Shown here: piece after piece, positions 19,491 to 28,600 of the stretch
Numbering within the stretch: position 1 is the first letter of the stretch
How the letters are laid out: each line of letters starts with the position of its first letter
From: Bacteroidia bacterium
GTDB taxonomy: Bacteria; Bacteroidota; Bacteroidia; AKYH767-A; OLB10
Reading direction: 5' to 3'
Assembly (NCBI GenBank): GCA_038215705.1
Contig: JBBQQQ010000003.1
Coordinates: forward strand, 69,575 to 133,574
DNA: 64,000 nt
Translations under genes and position numbers: made by a program
The notes under the pieces: model-generated
What the model was told of the DNA's origin: nothing
The model's input: the letters and a program-made list of their open reading frames with translations, nothing else
Databases searched by the model: none

Positions 19491-22400
19491 ATGATTGAAA
19501 CAAAATCCCTCAAACCAGCAGGGCGGTCATGGCGAAATTTGCCATTAACAGCTTCTCTGGTGTCATTGCTTATGATGATCCCCTTCGTCACGGTTATGGC
19601 ACAAACAACGTACAATCCCCTCCGTTACTGGAATTTTAACGGTTCCAGTGCAGCTACCGATCAGATGGGTAACTACAATCTGAACTTTACCACCTATAAT
19701 TCAGCGTATACTGTTGAGAACAGCGGCCAGGTAGGAAAATACATTACACTTAACGGGTCATCAAGCCTTATCGATGGCGGATCAGTTTCGTTAAGCAATG
19801 CAGTAACAATTGAAATGTTATTAAAACCGGGTTATTTATTCAATCAATGTAAAATTATACAAAGAGGTGATGATGCATTTTCCGTACGAATGGAATATGC
19901 AAAAATATTTTTTACCACTACTCATAAAAATTCATCAGGTTCCAATGTTGTGAATGAGTTTGCAGTGGATCTGAACGGTATCGGCAGAAAGTCATACGGT
20001 TATTATGTTGATAATAACTGGCATCACATGGTTTTCCGTTTTGATGCTTCTTCAGGTACTAAGGAAATCTGGGTAGACGGACAGTTACCTTCCGGCTTTT
20101 CAACAACTGTTACACCTGGAAGCTTTTCTAACAGCGGAAGCACCACAGTTTATCTCAATCATACTATAGGATATGTAAAATATCTTGGAAGTATTGACGA
20201 GGTGGCTATTTATAATTCAGCCATTCCGTCTTCTCTTATCTACAAACATTACCTGGGTGTTCAAAACGGACAGGGTTATGATTTTGTAAACAATTATTCG
20301 GGTTCGGTACCTGCTGCAGCCAGCATCACGGGTTCAATCGATCCCACTGAGTTTGCTCCGGGTCATCCAAGTGTTAATGTTTCGGCAACAGACCAGGTTC
20401 TTTCTTTCCCGGTTCCACGTTACAAAACGGGTCATACCCTATTGCCTAACGTACCTTTATATGGTGTTGAATACCTTGGAGGTTTATTGCAGCCGGGAGT
20501 CTCTTACAACCAGGCTTTTGCAAATGCAAAAATTCAACAGGCTGACCTTATCAATAATTTCAATCAATCAATATTGATTGCAAGCAATACAGGTGAATAC
20601 GGTTATGCGAACGATACCACCAAATTTTCAGGTTGGTTTATCAAGTATGCCAATAACAACCCTTCTAAAAAAACCAGTGCATTTTCTTTCTGGCCGCAAT
20701 TAAATCCGAGAAATATCGGAAAGGCTTCAAGTCTTGCTTATGCAGAATGTAATTGTATGAGCAATAACCATTATCTGCGAAACAGCTCCGGTCAGTTTCT
20801 TGATCTTTCTGGAAATGTTACTTCCGACAAATGGCTCAGTCCTGCTGCCCCGGTCGATTCAATCGCATACGACGGCTTAACCCAGCGTTTTTACCTTCAG
20901 CAAATCACTGCCCGCATGACCCGTCCTCTGGATCTGATCTTTGAAAATGGAGAAACACTGCCATTCTATAACAACCCTACAGCTCTTGCAAAAGATCCTG
21001 CTGTACTGAATGATAAAAATAACAGTGGCCTCGACTGGTATACCTACGAAGGACGCCGCGCTAAAGAAAAAGCGCTTGCGTATCGTAACCAGTTTATGAA
21101 CCTTCCTGCTTTATCTAATACCAAGTTTGCCTATTTCCAGGTTGACGGTCAGTCAACATGGCGTTTCAAATACAGTGAAATGCGTGAGGCAAGCACTCAG
21201 ATAAATGGACAGTATTACCCAACAGGTGATATTTACATGCGTTATCCCGACAACTGGAGATACTGGAGCAGTGCATGGCATGGATGGCAGTGGGTAGCTG
21301 AATCAAGAAAAGTTGAACTTGCAAACGGCGATAAATTGTATTCACCTCCTGTTGCTGCAGGCTGGGATTTTGATGAAACTAAAAATGTTCGCCCTGCACA
21401 ATGGCTGGGAATGTTAAAAGCGTTCTCAATGACCGGTGCTGAATTCTTCTATCCTTCATTTTTCACCACATCCACTCCTTACCAGGATCCAAAGAACTGG
21501 GCATGGCAGGTAGTTATGCCTTCATATTCACAGGCTATAAGTAGTCGCTATGAGGACTTATTGCGTAACGGATTTCTGATGGAAGGTGATGTTCCTGATA
21601 ATTATTCAACACCTTCTTATAATGCTTACTCTTTTAAATCGGGTGACTTACGCAAGCTGGTTGTAATCAGGAAACATAATACGCTTGCAAAATATGCGAT
21701 TACAGGAACGCTTCAGCCTAACTCAAATATGATGGGCAATGCTGAAAATTCAGGTGTTGCTTCTATAGCGCTTGACGGACAAACGCTGAAGTTCCAGGTG
21801 AGACGCCAGGGAAGCACATATATCTACGACAAATCAAATGCTGCTGCTCCTGTGTTTTATCAGCTCGACGGATGGCATGAAGCAACTCACCCTTCCTCAT
21901 GGTCTAAGGACTTTAATTTCGAGGCAGAATTATTTGACAACTCCAATTCAAGTGCAGTAATCAAAACGGTTGTTCCTTCAGGAACCACAGCTGGTGACTT
22001 CACTAATTATACAAGCTATGTGAGCTTTACAGCTGCGTCGGATATCATATTCAACTTTACTCCCCGCAAAGGAGCTCCTTCAACGCAATATCTGTGGGTG
22101 AGAGCACGCAGTAAAGATGGTTCTTCTACCGGTTTCACAGCTACATTGAACAGCGGTGCGGTAAATACTTTCGATTGCATCCGTGATACAAACTGGGTTT
22201 GGTACCGTTTCAACACCAGTAATGCTGCAGTTGTTTACAATGGCCTTACTACAACCAGCAACCAGTTAAAAATTACTGCTCTTAATACCAAAATTGAAAT
22301 TGACAAAGTTTCCCTGATGAGCACTTCAAGCGCTGTTTATGGAAATGCAGTAAATTCATGTACCAATGCGCAGGCAAGCATCACTGCTAACGGTTCAACC

Positions 22401-24092
22401 ACATTCTGTCAGGGCGGAAGTGTAAATCTTACAGCAAGCACCGGCACATCATACCAGTGGTCTAACGGCGCAACTTCCCAGGCAATCACTGTCTCCTCAA
22501 CCGGAACGTATACAGTTACCGTTACAACAAATGGTGTAGGAACTTCTACTTCTTCGCCTGTAAGCGTAACTGTTAACCCATTACCTACAGCAACCATCAG
22601 CGCCAGCGGATCTACTACCTTCTGCCAGGGTGGATCGGTAACGCTGACAGCTTCTTCAGGATCGTCCTATCTGTGGAGTCCGGGAAATCAGACTTCACAA
22701 TCAATAACTGTTACAACAGGTGGTACTTATAATGTACGTGTAACAAATTCTAACAGCTGCGCTAAAGTTTCGGCAAATACAAGTGTTACTGTAAACAGTC
22801 TGCCGGTTGCAACAATCTCACCAAGCGGATCATTAAATCTTGCTGCAGGAGGAAGTGTAACGCTTACCGCATCATCAGGAAGCAGCTATCTGTGGTTACC
22901 CGGTAACCAGACTTCACAATCTATTAGTGTGAACACAGCAGGTTCCTACACAGTAAGAGTTACAAATGGTTCAGGCTGTTCTGCGACATCTGCTGCTGCA
23001 GTAGTTACTGTTGCTTCCTCAGGTGGTGGAACTGCAACCATTACTACTTCAGGTCATACTACATTCTGCCAGGGTGGAAGTGTAACACTTACTGCCAGCA
23101 ACGGAACGTCCTTCCTGTGGTCAAATGGATCTACCAATAAATCAATTACCGTGAGTGCATCCGGAACATATACAGTAACGGTATACAATGGAACAACTCC
23201 ATCAACGTCAGCTCCGGTAAGTGTAATTGTTTGGCCCCTTCCAACGGCAACAATCACTGCCAGTGGACCTACATCTTTCTGTACAGGCGGTACGGTTACA
23301 TTAACAGCGTCTTCCAATTACTCGTATTCCTGGACTCCGGGTGGACAAACCAGTCAGTCAATAAACGTATCCACTTCCGGTAATTACAATGTTATAGTTA
23401 CTAATTCGAACGGCTGTACAAAAACTGCATCTTCGGTGCCTGTTACTGTTTCAAGTTGTACTGCCTGTGATCCTCCTTATGGCCTGGTAACTTCAAATGT
23501 CAAGTATAATTCGGCTACTTTTTCATGGGGACATCCCGGTACCGGTCAAACCCAGTACAATGTTAAGATCAAAAACATGCAGACGGGGTATAACTATATC
23601 ACCGGTAAAGTTCCTTACACTACTCAGACTATCTCTGTTGGAGCAAATCAAGCGACAAGTTATCGCTGGTGGGTACGCTCCTGGTGTGGTACTTCAGTAA
23701 GTTCTACTTACGCAGGTTACCTGGCCTTCACTACTCCATCAGTTCGAACAATGTCAAATGGAATTAATGAAGAAACTCCTGAGCTGACAGAAACATTCCT
23801 TGATACAGAGGATGATCCTTCGATGACGTTCTATATCGATGAAAATCAGGTTCAGGTATTCCCGAACCCAGCCAGTACGAGTGCTGCCATTTCGTTTAAG
23901 GTTGATCAGAATGAAAAAATGACACTTACGATTATGGAGATCAATGGCAAAGTGATTTCAACTGAGACTATAGATGCAATGGAAGGTATTAATCTTCATG
24001 ACATGGATCTGAGTAATTATCCGAAAGGATTGTATATGATACAGCTTACAGGAGGTGGAAAAACAACCACTAAGAGGCTTGCTGTTCAATAA
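19491..24092 (+). CDS. Very large T9SS-secreted protein: LamG-like domain + uncharacterised module + Ig-like repeats + FN3 + type-A CTD
   Basis: 1533 aa with a signal peptide. A LamG/concanavalin-like region is followed by an about 600-aa Trp-rich conserved module. Seven or more 75-aa Ig-like repeats (TFCQGGSVTLTAS..YLWSPGNQTSQSITV) and an FN3 domain follow. The C-terminal sorting domain reads VFPNPASTSAAISF...GLYMIQL. Confidence 0.85.
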   Translation: MIETKSLKPAGRSWRNLPLTASLVSLLMMIPFVTVMAQTTYNPLRYWNFNGSSAATDQMGNYNLNFTTYNSAYTVENSGQVGKYITLNGSSSLIDGGSVSLSNAVTIEMLLKPGYLFNQCKIIQRGDDAFSVRMEYAKIFFTTTHKNSSGSNVVNEFAVDLNGIGRKSYGYYVDNNWHHMVFRFDASSGTKEIWVDGQLPSGFSTTVTPGSFSNSGSTTVYLNHTIGYVKYLGSIDEVAIYNSAIPSSLIYKHYLGVQNGQGYDFVNNYSGSVPAAASITGSIDPTEFAPGHPSVNVSATDQVLSFPVPRYKTGHTLLPNVPLYGVEYLGGLLQPGVSYNQAFANAKIQQADLINNFNQSILIASNTGEYGYANDTTKFSGWFIKYANNNPSKKTSAFSFWPQLNPRNIGKASSLAYAECNCMSNNHYLRNSSGQFLDLSGNVTSDKWLSPAAPVDSIAYDGLTQRFYLQQITARMTRPLDLIFENGETLPFYNNPTALAKDPAVLNDKNNSGLDWYTYEGRRAKEKALAYRNQFMNLPALSNTKFAYFQVDGQSTWRFKYSEMREASTQINGQYYPTGDIYMRYPDNWRYWSSAWHGWQWVAESRKVELANGDKLYSPPVAAGWDFDETKNVRPAQWLGMLKAFSMTGAEFFYPSFFTTSTPYQDPKNWAWQVVMPSYSQAISSRYEDLLRNGFLMEGDVPDNYSTPSYNAYSFKSGDLRKLVVIRKHNTLAKYAITGTLQPNSNMMGNAENSGVASIALDGQTLKFQVRRQGSTYIYDKSNAAAPVFYQLDGWHEATHPSSWSKDFNFEAELFDNSNSSAVIKTVVPSGTTAGDFTNYTSYVSFTAASDIIFNFTPRKGAPSTQYLWVRARSKDGSSTGFTATLNSGAVNTFDCIRDTNWVWYRFNTSNAAVVYNGLTTTSNQLKITALNTKIEIDKVSLMSTSSAVYGNAVNSCTNAQASITANGSTTFCQGGSVNLTASTGTSYQWSNGATSQAITVSSTGTYTVTVTTNGVGTSTSSPVSVTVNPLPTATISASGSTTFCQGGSVTLTASSGSSYLWSPGNQTSQSITVTTGGTYNVRVTNSNSCAKVSANTSVTVNSLPVATISPSGSLNLAAGGSVTLTASSGSSYLWLPGNQTSQSISVNTAGSYTVRVTNGSGCSATSAAAVVTVASSGGGTATITTSGHTTFCQGGSVTLTASNGTSFLWSNGSTNKSITVSASGTYTVTVYNGTTPSTSAPVSVIVWPLPTATITASGPTSFCTGGTVTLTASSNYSYSWTPGGQTSQSINVSTSGNYNVIVTNSNGCTKTASSVPVTVSSCTACDPPYGLVTSNVKYNSATFSWGHPGTGQTQYNVKIKNMQTGYNYITGKVPYTTQTISVGANQATSYRWWVRSWCGTSVSSTYAGYLAFTTPSVRTMSNGINEETPELTETFLDTEDDPSMTFYIDENQVQVFPNPASTSAAISFKVDQNEKMTLTIMEINGKVISTETIDAMEGINLHDMDLSNYPKGLYMIQLTGGGKTTTKRLAVQ

Positions 24093-24112
24093 TAATTAAT
24101 TAATTTTTTGGA

Positions 24113-24143
24113 AGAGGGTATCGAAAGGTACCCTCTTTTTTTT
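24113..24143 (+). terminator. Rho-independent terminator
   Basis: AGAGGGTA-loop-TACCCTCT stem followed by a T8 run, immediately after the stop of the 19491 gene. Confidence 0.75.
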
Positions 24144-24434
24144 GTCAGCATTTTCGCTGAGTGACCTGAAAATTCTTTTCCTGTTATCAAAATGCCAGAA
24201 AAAATTTTAAAACTCACACTCCGTTTATCCGGAATATAGTTTGAGTTTTTTTGCTCTCACCTCTGACGGTGGGCTTTTCAAGCTGGCGGTTAAATCAAAA
24301 TCCTGTAATTATTAATGCAAATCTTACATGTTACCGAAGTATCAAAAGATGCTTCATATCTGTGCCGGGGTGAGCCTATTTTTGTTGCATCATATCCAAT
24401 GAACGAAAATAACTACTTAATAAATTTTAAAGAA

Positions 24435-25217
24435 ATGAAACAAACATCTACAAACAGAATGGAAGTTTACTCAACCGGCCAGGCAATCAGAAAAAATGCT
24501 TTTAAGCTTTTTATCATCCTTGCAATGAGTGGTACTTCATTAACGTATGCACAACGAGTTGCAAACACTGACATTAACCCGGTGGTGATTCAGCCTTCCG
24601 GCGAAAAAAATCCGGGATCCGGAACTGTTAAAGGCAATGTAATTGTTGCTCCTATCGCTCCAACTATTTCTTCACTTCAGATGCTTGACATGGGTCATGA
24701 CAAAGCAATTCTGACCTGGGATAATATGTCGAATTTTGACAGTATAATCTTTCGTTATGCTCCATCCGGTGCAAGTACCACACGGATAGTAGCAATTTCG
24801 GGCAATCCGAATCCTGAAAGATATTACCTGTTGGGTTTGCAGTCTCAAACCACTTATGATATTGAAGTAAGTACTGTTGCTTCTAATGGTGTGCGCTCAT
24901 CATGGAGTTCTCCTTTAACTGTTACAACACTTACTGAACCCACTCCACGCCTTTCACAGGGAAATACCAACAGGTTAATTGTAAATCCGAATCCGGCAAC
25001 CACATTAACTAATATTTCCTTTGTGACTACCAACAGCATGCCACAGCAGGTTAGTATTGTATCCTCTGCAGGTCGTGTAATGTACAGCAGACAAATTATT
25101 CCAAATGATGATAAAGTTCAAATGACCATTGATGTGACTGCTTATCCTCCGGGAATCTATATGGTTCGCGTGAATAACAACAGCAATGTATCTGTTGAAC
25201 GACTTATCAAACTGTAA
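24435..25217 (+). CDS. Small T9SS cargo: signal peptide + FN3 domain + type-A C-terminal sorting domain
   Basis: The ORF opens at 24315. The start was chosen at MKQTS..FKLFIILAMSGTSLTYAQ (signal peptide). FN3-like region (ILTWDN..YDIEVSTV) and CTD LIVNPNPATTLTNISF...GIYMVRV. Confidence 0.65.
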   Translation: MKQTSTNRMEVYSTGQAIRKNAFKLFIILAMSGTSLTYAQRVANTDINPVVIQPSGEKNPGSGTVKGNVIVAPIAPTISSLQMLDMGHDKAILTWDNMSNFDSIIFRYAPSGASTTRIVAISGNPNPERYYLLGLQSQTTYDIEVSTVASNGVRSSWSSPLTVTTLTEPTPRLSQGNTNRLIVNPNPATTLTNISFVTTNSMPQQVSIVSSAGRVMYSRQIIPNDDKVQMTIDVTAYPPGIYMVRVNNNSNVSVERLIKL

Positions 25218-25241
25218 AAATCCTATCTGTTTGAGTGATTG

Positions 25242-25269
25242 GGAGGCCGGAGGGCCTCCCTTTTTTTTG
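25242..25269 (+). terminator. Rho-independent terminator
   Basis: GGGAGGCC-GGAG-GGCCTCCC stem followed by a T8 run. Confidence 0.8.
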
Positions 25270-25383
25270 AAATGACGGATGCAATAACAAGACTTTAAAA
25301 TTACCAATACCCCCATTCCACCTTAGCAAAGAAGGATTTTTTCATAAAAACTGACACCTTCTCATCAACCACCAAAAATAAAT

Positions 25384-25416
25384 AAACCCTGTAAAATTAA
25401 GGGTTTCCAAGGGTTG
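25384..25416. promoter_or_regulatory. Inverted repeat AAACCCT-N9-AGGGTTT plus extra half-site AAGGGTTG
   Basis: Same palindrome family as 19356-19379, located 233 nt upstream of the 25639 start. Confidence 0.4.
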
Positions 25417-25638
25417 AACTTCGAAAAATTACCAATCAGAAGCCCTTTTCAGGTAAAATATTACACAGGTGACCATAAATGAAACAATCATCCACGGAGG
25501 CTTTATGCGCGGAATATATTTGTCACCGTTGGCCTTCTAACAAGTAAGACAATTATATAACAATGTAAATAATTCAGTAAAAAACATATGCCTTAACCAG
25601 AATAAAAAAAACACTCAAACAAAAACTCAACAGATACA

Positions 25639-28600
25639 ATGAAAAACAATTTTACAGATCAGGTTTTAAAAAGTGTAAGCTCATTAAGCGCAACGTTCCA
25701 GTTCTGTTTGATGCTCGTATTGCTTATACTAATGGCAATCATCAATGCAGGTGCTCAAACTGTCAATCCAGTCAGGTACTGGACATTCAATGGAACAAGT
25801 GCTTCAACAGATTCCATGGGTCAGAACAATCTTAATTTTACCAGTTATGGAAGCCAGTATACGGTTGGTACAAACGGTCAGGTTGGAAAATTTCTTACCC
25901 TTGATGCCAATTCGAATCTTATTGATGGCGGATCGCTTAGCTTAACGAATGCGGTAACGGTAGAATTTTTATTAAAACCCGGCTACAAATTCAATACAAC
26001 TAATATCATGCAGCGTGCCGATGGCGCTTTCTCCATCAGGATCGAATATGCGACTTTAACATTCAGCACCACTCATAAAGCTGCAAATGGTGCAACCATT
26101 GAAGATAATTTTGCCATATCACTGGAAGGTCTTGGAAGGAAATCATACGGATACTATGTAGACAACAACTGGCATCACCTGGTGTTTCGTTTTGATGCAG
26201 CAACCGGATCCAAACAAGTATGGGTGGACGGTCAGCTTCCTGCAGGATTCAGCAAAACGATAACTGCAGGCTCATTCCAGAATAGTGGAAATATTAATTT
26301 CTATCTTAATCATTCAGTAAGCTACGTAAAATACTTTGGCAGCATTGATGAACTTGCAATTTATAATACCGCAATTCCTTCTAACCTTATTTACAAACAT
26401 TATCTCGGGGTTCAAACAGGACAACCTTATAACTTCGTAAATAATTATTCAGGAACTATTCCTCCTGCATCCTCAACAACCAGTCCGCTCGACCCAACTG
26501 AATTTGCACCGGGTCATCCGACAGTCAATGTTTCCGCAATTGAACAATTACAGAAGTATCCGCTACCACGTTACAAACCGGGAAACACCCTGATGAAAAA
26601 TTTCAACTGGATGGATCCTAAATTTATGGGAGGTTTATTGCAACCCGGTGTGACCAATCAACAGGCCGCCAATAACAGTGCAGTCATACAGACTGAACTT
26701 GCAAAAAATTTCAACTACTATTTCCAGGTAGGACTTGGCAATGGCATATTTGAAACAGCCTGGACCAACGCGGCAAATGCGAACCCCGACTTTAAGTTAT
26801 CGCTGATAATTTTTCGCGGACAATTAAATGGCAACAATAGTGAGCTCACTAATCAAAATAAAACTGCAGCACACTATCTGCAGAATTCAAGTGGGCAGTT
26901 TATCGATGCCAATGGCAATGTAACAACTTCCAAAATCTGGAGACCTACTGCTCCTACCTCATCATACAATGCCGATGGCAATGCCATATACACCATGCTA
27001 ACCGACATGTATTCGCGGTTAAACCGGAATGTGGATGTAGTTAATGAAAATGGTGAGGTCTTCCCACATCCATCCGAAACAGCAATGGCAATGGACCCTG
27101 CTGTGTTAGCTGCAAAGAATGCTTCAGGCCTCGACTGGAAATCGTTTCTGTCACGAAAATATAAAGAGAACGAAACACAATCGTACCGTGATATTATCAT
27201 GTCACACCCACGTATGAGTTCTGCTAAATTTACTGAATATGCGATTGACGGTTTCCCCGAGTACCGCATGAAATACAGCGAAGCGCGGTCGGTAAATTCT
27301 CAGATTAATGGTCAGTATTATCCGACGCCTGATTTCTATCCCCGATGGTCTAATAACTGGAGAAACTGGGTTTCTGCGTGGCATGGCTGGCAGTGGATCG
27401 TAGAATCGCGCGTGCATGAACTGGCTGCAGGAGACAGATTGTATTCTCCTTTCGTAGCTGCAGGATGGGATGCAGATGAAGAAAAAAATATACGCCCTGC
27501 ACAATGGTTAGGTTTGTTAAAATGCCTGGGCATGACCGGTGCTGAATTTTATTATCCCGGGTTCTTCTCACTGGCTGCTCCTTGGCCCGATTCTAAAAAC
27601 TGGATCTGGCAGGCTGCTATGCCACCTTATGCACAGGCAATAACCAGCAGGTATGAAGACCTAATTCGCAATGGAGAATTAATGTTAGGCGATGTTGGAA
27701 ACAGCTATGTAACTCCTACCGCTCCGGGCTATGCGTTTTGGACTGGTGACCTTAGAAAACTGGTAGTAGTGCGTAAACATAATACCGTTAGCAAATACGC
27801 TATCACTGGAACCATCCAGCCTAACAGCAGCATGACCGGCAATGCAGAAAATGAAAGTGTAGCTACAATCACACTTGATGGTCAGGTATTATCATTCAAA
27901 GTTAAAAGACAGGGCAGCACCTATATTTATGATAAATCAAATCCATCAGGAGCTATATTTTACCAGTTAGATGGATGGCATGAAAAATCGCATCCTTCAC
28001 ATTGGTCACATGATTTTAATCTGGAGGCTGAATTATTCGATAACACAAATACACAAGTTGCAATTAAAACTGCTGTGCCTGCCGGAACTGCAGCAGGTGA
28101 TTATACAAATTTTACCAGCTACCTTGCCTGGCCTGACGGGGTTACCAACCCACAGCCTGTTGAATACAACTTTGCACCACGGGGCAATTTTAACAGCAAT
28201 CTGTATGTATGGGTAAGAGCACGCAGCCGGGGTGGCGTTACTTCCAGCATGAATGTTCAACTGGATAACAATGCTGCAAAAACAATCGGCTGTATCAGTG
28301 ATACTGCATGGACCTGGTACCGGTATGATGCCTGTACACAACAGGAAATCCGCTTCCAGAATATCTCTATCCAAAATCATATAATTAAACTTACACCCGG
28401 CAATGATAAGCTGGAGATTGACAAAGTATTGCTTACAGCAGATGCTTCACTGCTCCTCAATTCCGCACCTCCGTCGTGTGGAGCAGCAACAGCAACCATT
28501 ACTCCTTCAGGTAACACAACTTTTTGCACAGGAGGAACAGTCACCCTTACTGCAAGCGCCGGGACTTCATATCAATGGACTCCTGGGGGTCAAACAACAC

